Shown piece after piece: positions 62,979 to 64,000 of a DNA stretch of 64,000 nt. The translations under genes and the position numbers were made by a program. Source of the DNA: Spirochaetia bacterium (lineage in GTDB: Bacteria; Spirochaetota; Spirochaetia; SP-2023); NCBI GenBank assembly GCA_965263295.1, contig OZ253665.1:1888001-1952000 (forward strand). Reading direction: 5' to 3'. Numbering within the stretch: position 1 is the stretch's first letter; each line of letters starts with the position of its first letter. The notes under the pieces are model-generated. The model did not search any database. It had not been told where the DNA came from and saw only the letters and a list, made by a program, of their open reading frames with translations.

Positions 62979-64000
62979 ATGTCATCACTTATCATATTAA
63001 TATTTATTTTGCTTATGTTCACAGGCTTACCTGTGTTCTTTTCCCTTATTGTGGCTTCAGCTGTAACGATTTTTATATCTGGTGGCGAGCAATTCTTTCC
63101 GATATTTGTCAATAAATTCATTGGTGGCTTGCAAAGTTTTACCCTCTTGGCCCTGCCATTTTTTATATTGGCGGGAAACATCATGGGGCGCGGGGGGATA
63201 ACCTCCAGGATTATTGACTTTTCCAAGTCGATGGTCGGGCATAAAAGGGGAGGTTTAGGTCACGTTGTCGTCCTGTCTTCGACGATCTATTCGGCCCTGA
63301 CAGGTTCGGCCGTTGCAGCCACCTCGGCCATCGGCAGTATGCTGATTCCCAAAATGACAGATGAAGGCTATACAAAGTCATATGCGGCTGCAATTACTTC
63401 AGCAGCGACAGTCTTGGGGCCGATAATCCCCCCTAGTGGTATTATGATCATCTATGCCTTCACAATGAATACCTCAATCGCGTCCATGTTTATTGCGGCC
63501 ATTATTCCAGGTATTTTGTTTTGCGTTTGCTTGATGATTATGAATTACGTCCAATGCCTGAAAAAGGGATTCCTTTTTACCACCCCCAAAGCCTCGAGAA
63601 AAGAACAGTTTGTCAGCTTTAAAAATGCATTTTGGGCATTATTATCTCCAATTATAATTTTAGGTGGCATCTATGGCGGCATCTTTACGCCTACGGAAGC
63701 CGCTGCGGTAGCCGCCGGTTATGCCGCTTTTTCAGCTATCATTATATACCGATCTTTGTCTTTGCAGGGCTTGATTGAAGCCATTAAAGAATCTGTAATC
63801 AGTTCTGCCGCAATTCTACTGCTGATTGCAGCTGCCTCTGGTTTTGGCAGCATGATCAGCCTTACCCCGATATCCAGCCAGATCAGCCATTTATTGTTTT
63901 ATATTACGGAAAATCCTTATGTCATGCTCGCCATTGTCAATGTTCTATTGCTCATTATTGGCATGTTTCTCGATGCCGGCCCCGCGATCTTGATATTCGC
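62979..64000 (+). CDS. dctM: TRAP large permease (runs off the window end)
   Basis: Translated by hand: LLALPFFILAGNIM, GGLGHV, GSAVA, GPIIPPS, FTPTEAAAVA. Confidence 0.9.
   Translation, partial: MSSLIILIFILLMFTGLPVFFSLIVASAVTIFISGGEQFFPIFVNKFIGGLQSFTLLALPFFILAGNIMGRGGITSRIIDFSKSMVGHKRGGLGHVVVLSSTIYSALTGSAVAATSAIGSMLIPKMTDEGYTKSYAAAITSAATVLGPIIPPSGIMIIYAFTMNTSIASMFIAAIIPGILFCVCLMIMNYVQCLKKGFLFTTPKASRKEQFVSFKNAFWALLSPIIILGGIYGGIFTPTEAAAVAAGYAAFSAIIIYRSLSLQGLIEAIKESVISSAAILLLIAAASGFGSMISLTPISSQISHLLFYITENPYVMLAIVNVLLLIIGMFLDAGPAILIF

Overview
Bacterial chromosomal window, probably from a spirochaete (inferred from the many lipoprotein-type signal peptides and a 23S-5S rRNA unit with no linked 16S). 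Core genes: aconitase, Re-citrate-synthase-like enzyme, ferritin, 23S/5S rRNA, Pfk, sugar ABC transporter, ProS, RecF, tRNA-Pro, CutC, MutM, glycerate kinase, flavodoxin, transaldolase-family enzyme and a TRAP transporter. These are interleaved with a large accessory region. Its dominant feature is a family of about 28 non-coding elements. Each has ~45-bp imperfect inverted arms carrying four CACGAA/TTCGTG-type boxes 9-11 bp apart, and encloses shuffled C-rich modules. One A...B arm pair encloses a GxxExxY (PD-(D/E)XK-type) nuclease gene, a candidate autonomous copy. The same arms separate a tandem array of 8 self-contained cassettes (plus one dispersed copy) encoding membrane-anchored coiled-coil proteins of variable stalk length. 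They also bracket a 5.3-kb rearranged prophage remnant and lie next to repeat-rich or phase-variable lipoprotein genes. Inside the phage remnant, a MuF-nuclease toxin gene converges on a promoter-driven tRNA-shaped small RNA. Counts and coordinates were made by eye, family assignments come from motif recognition without database searches, and the repeat arrays need long-read confirmation.
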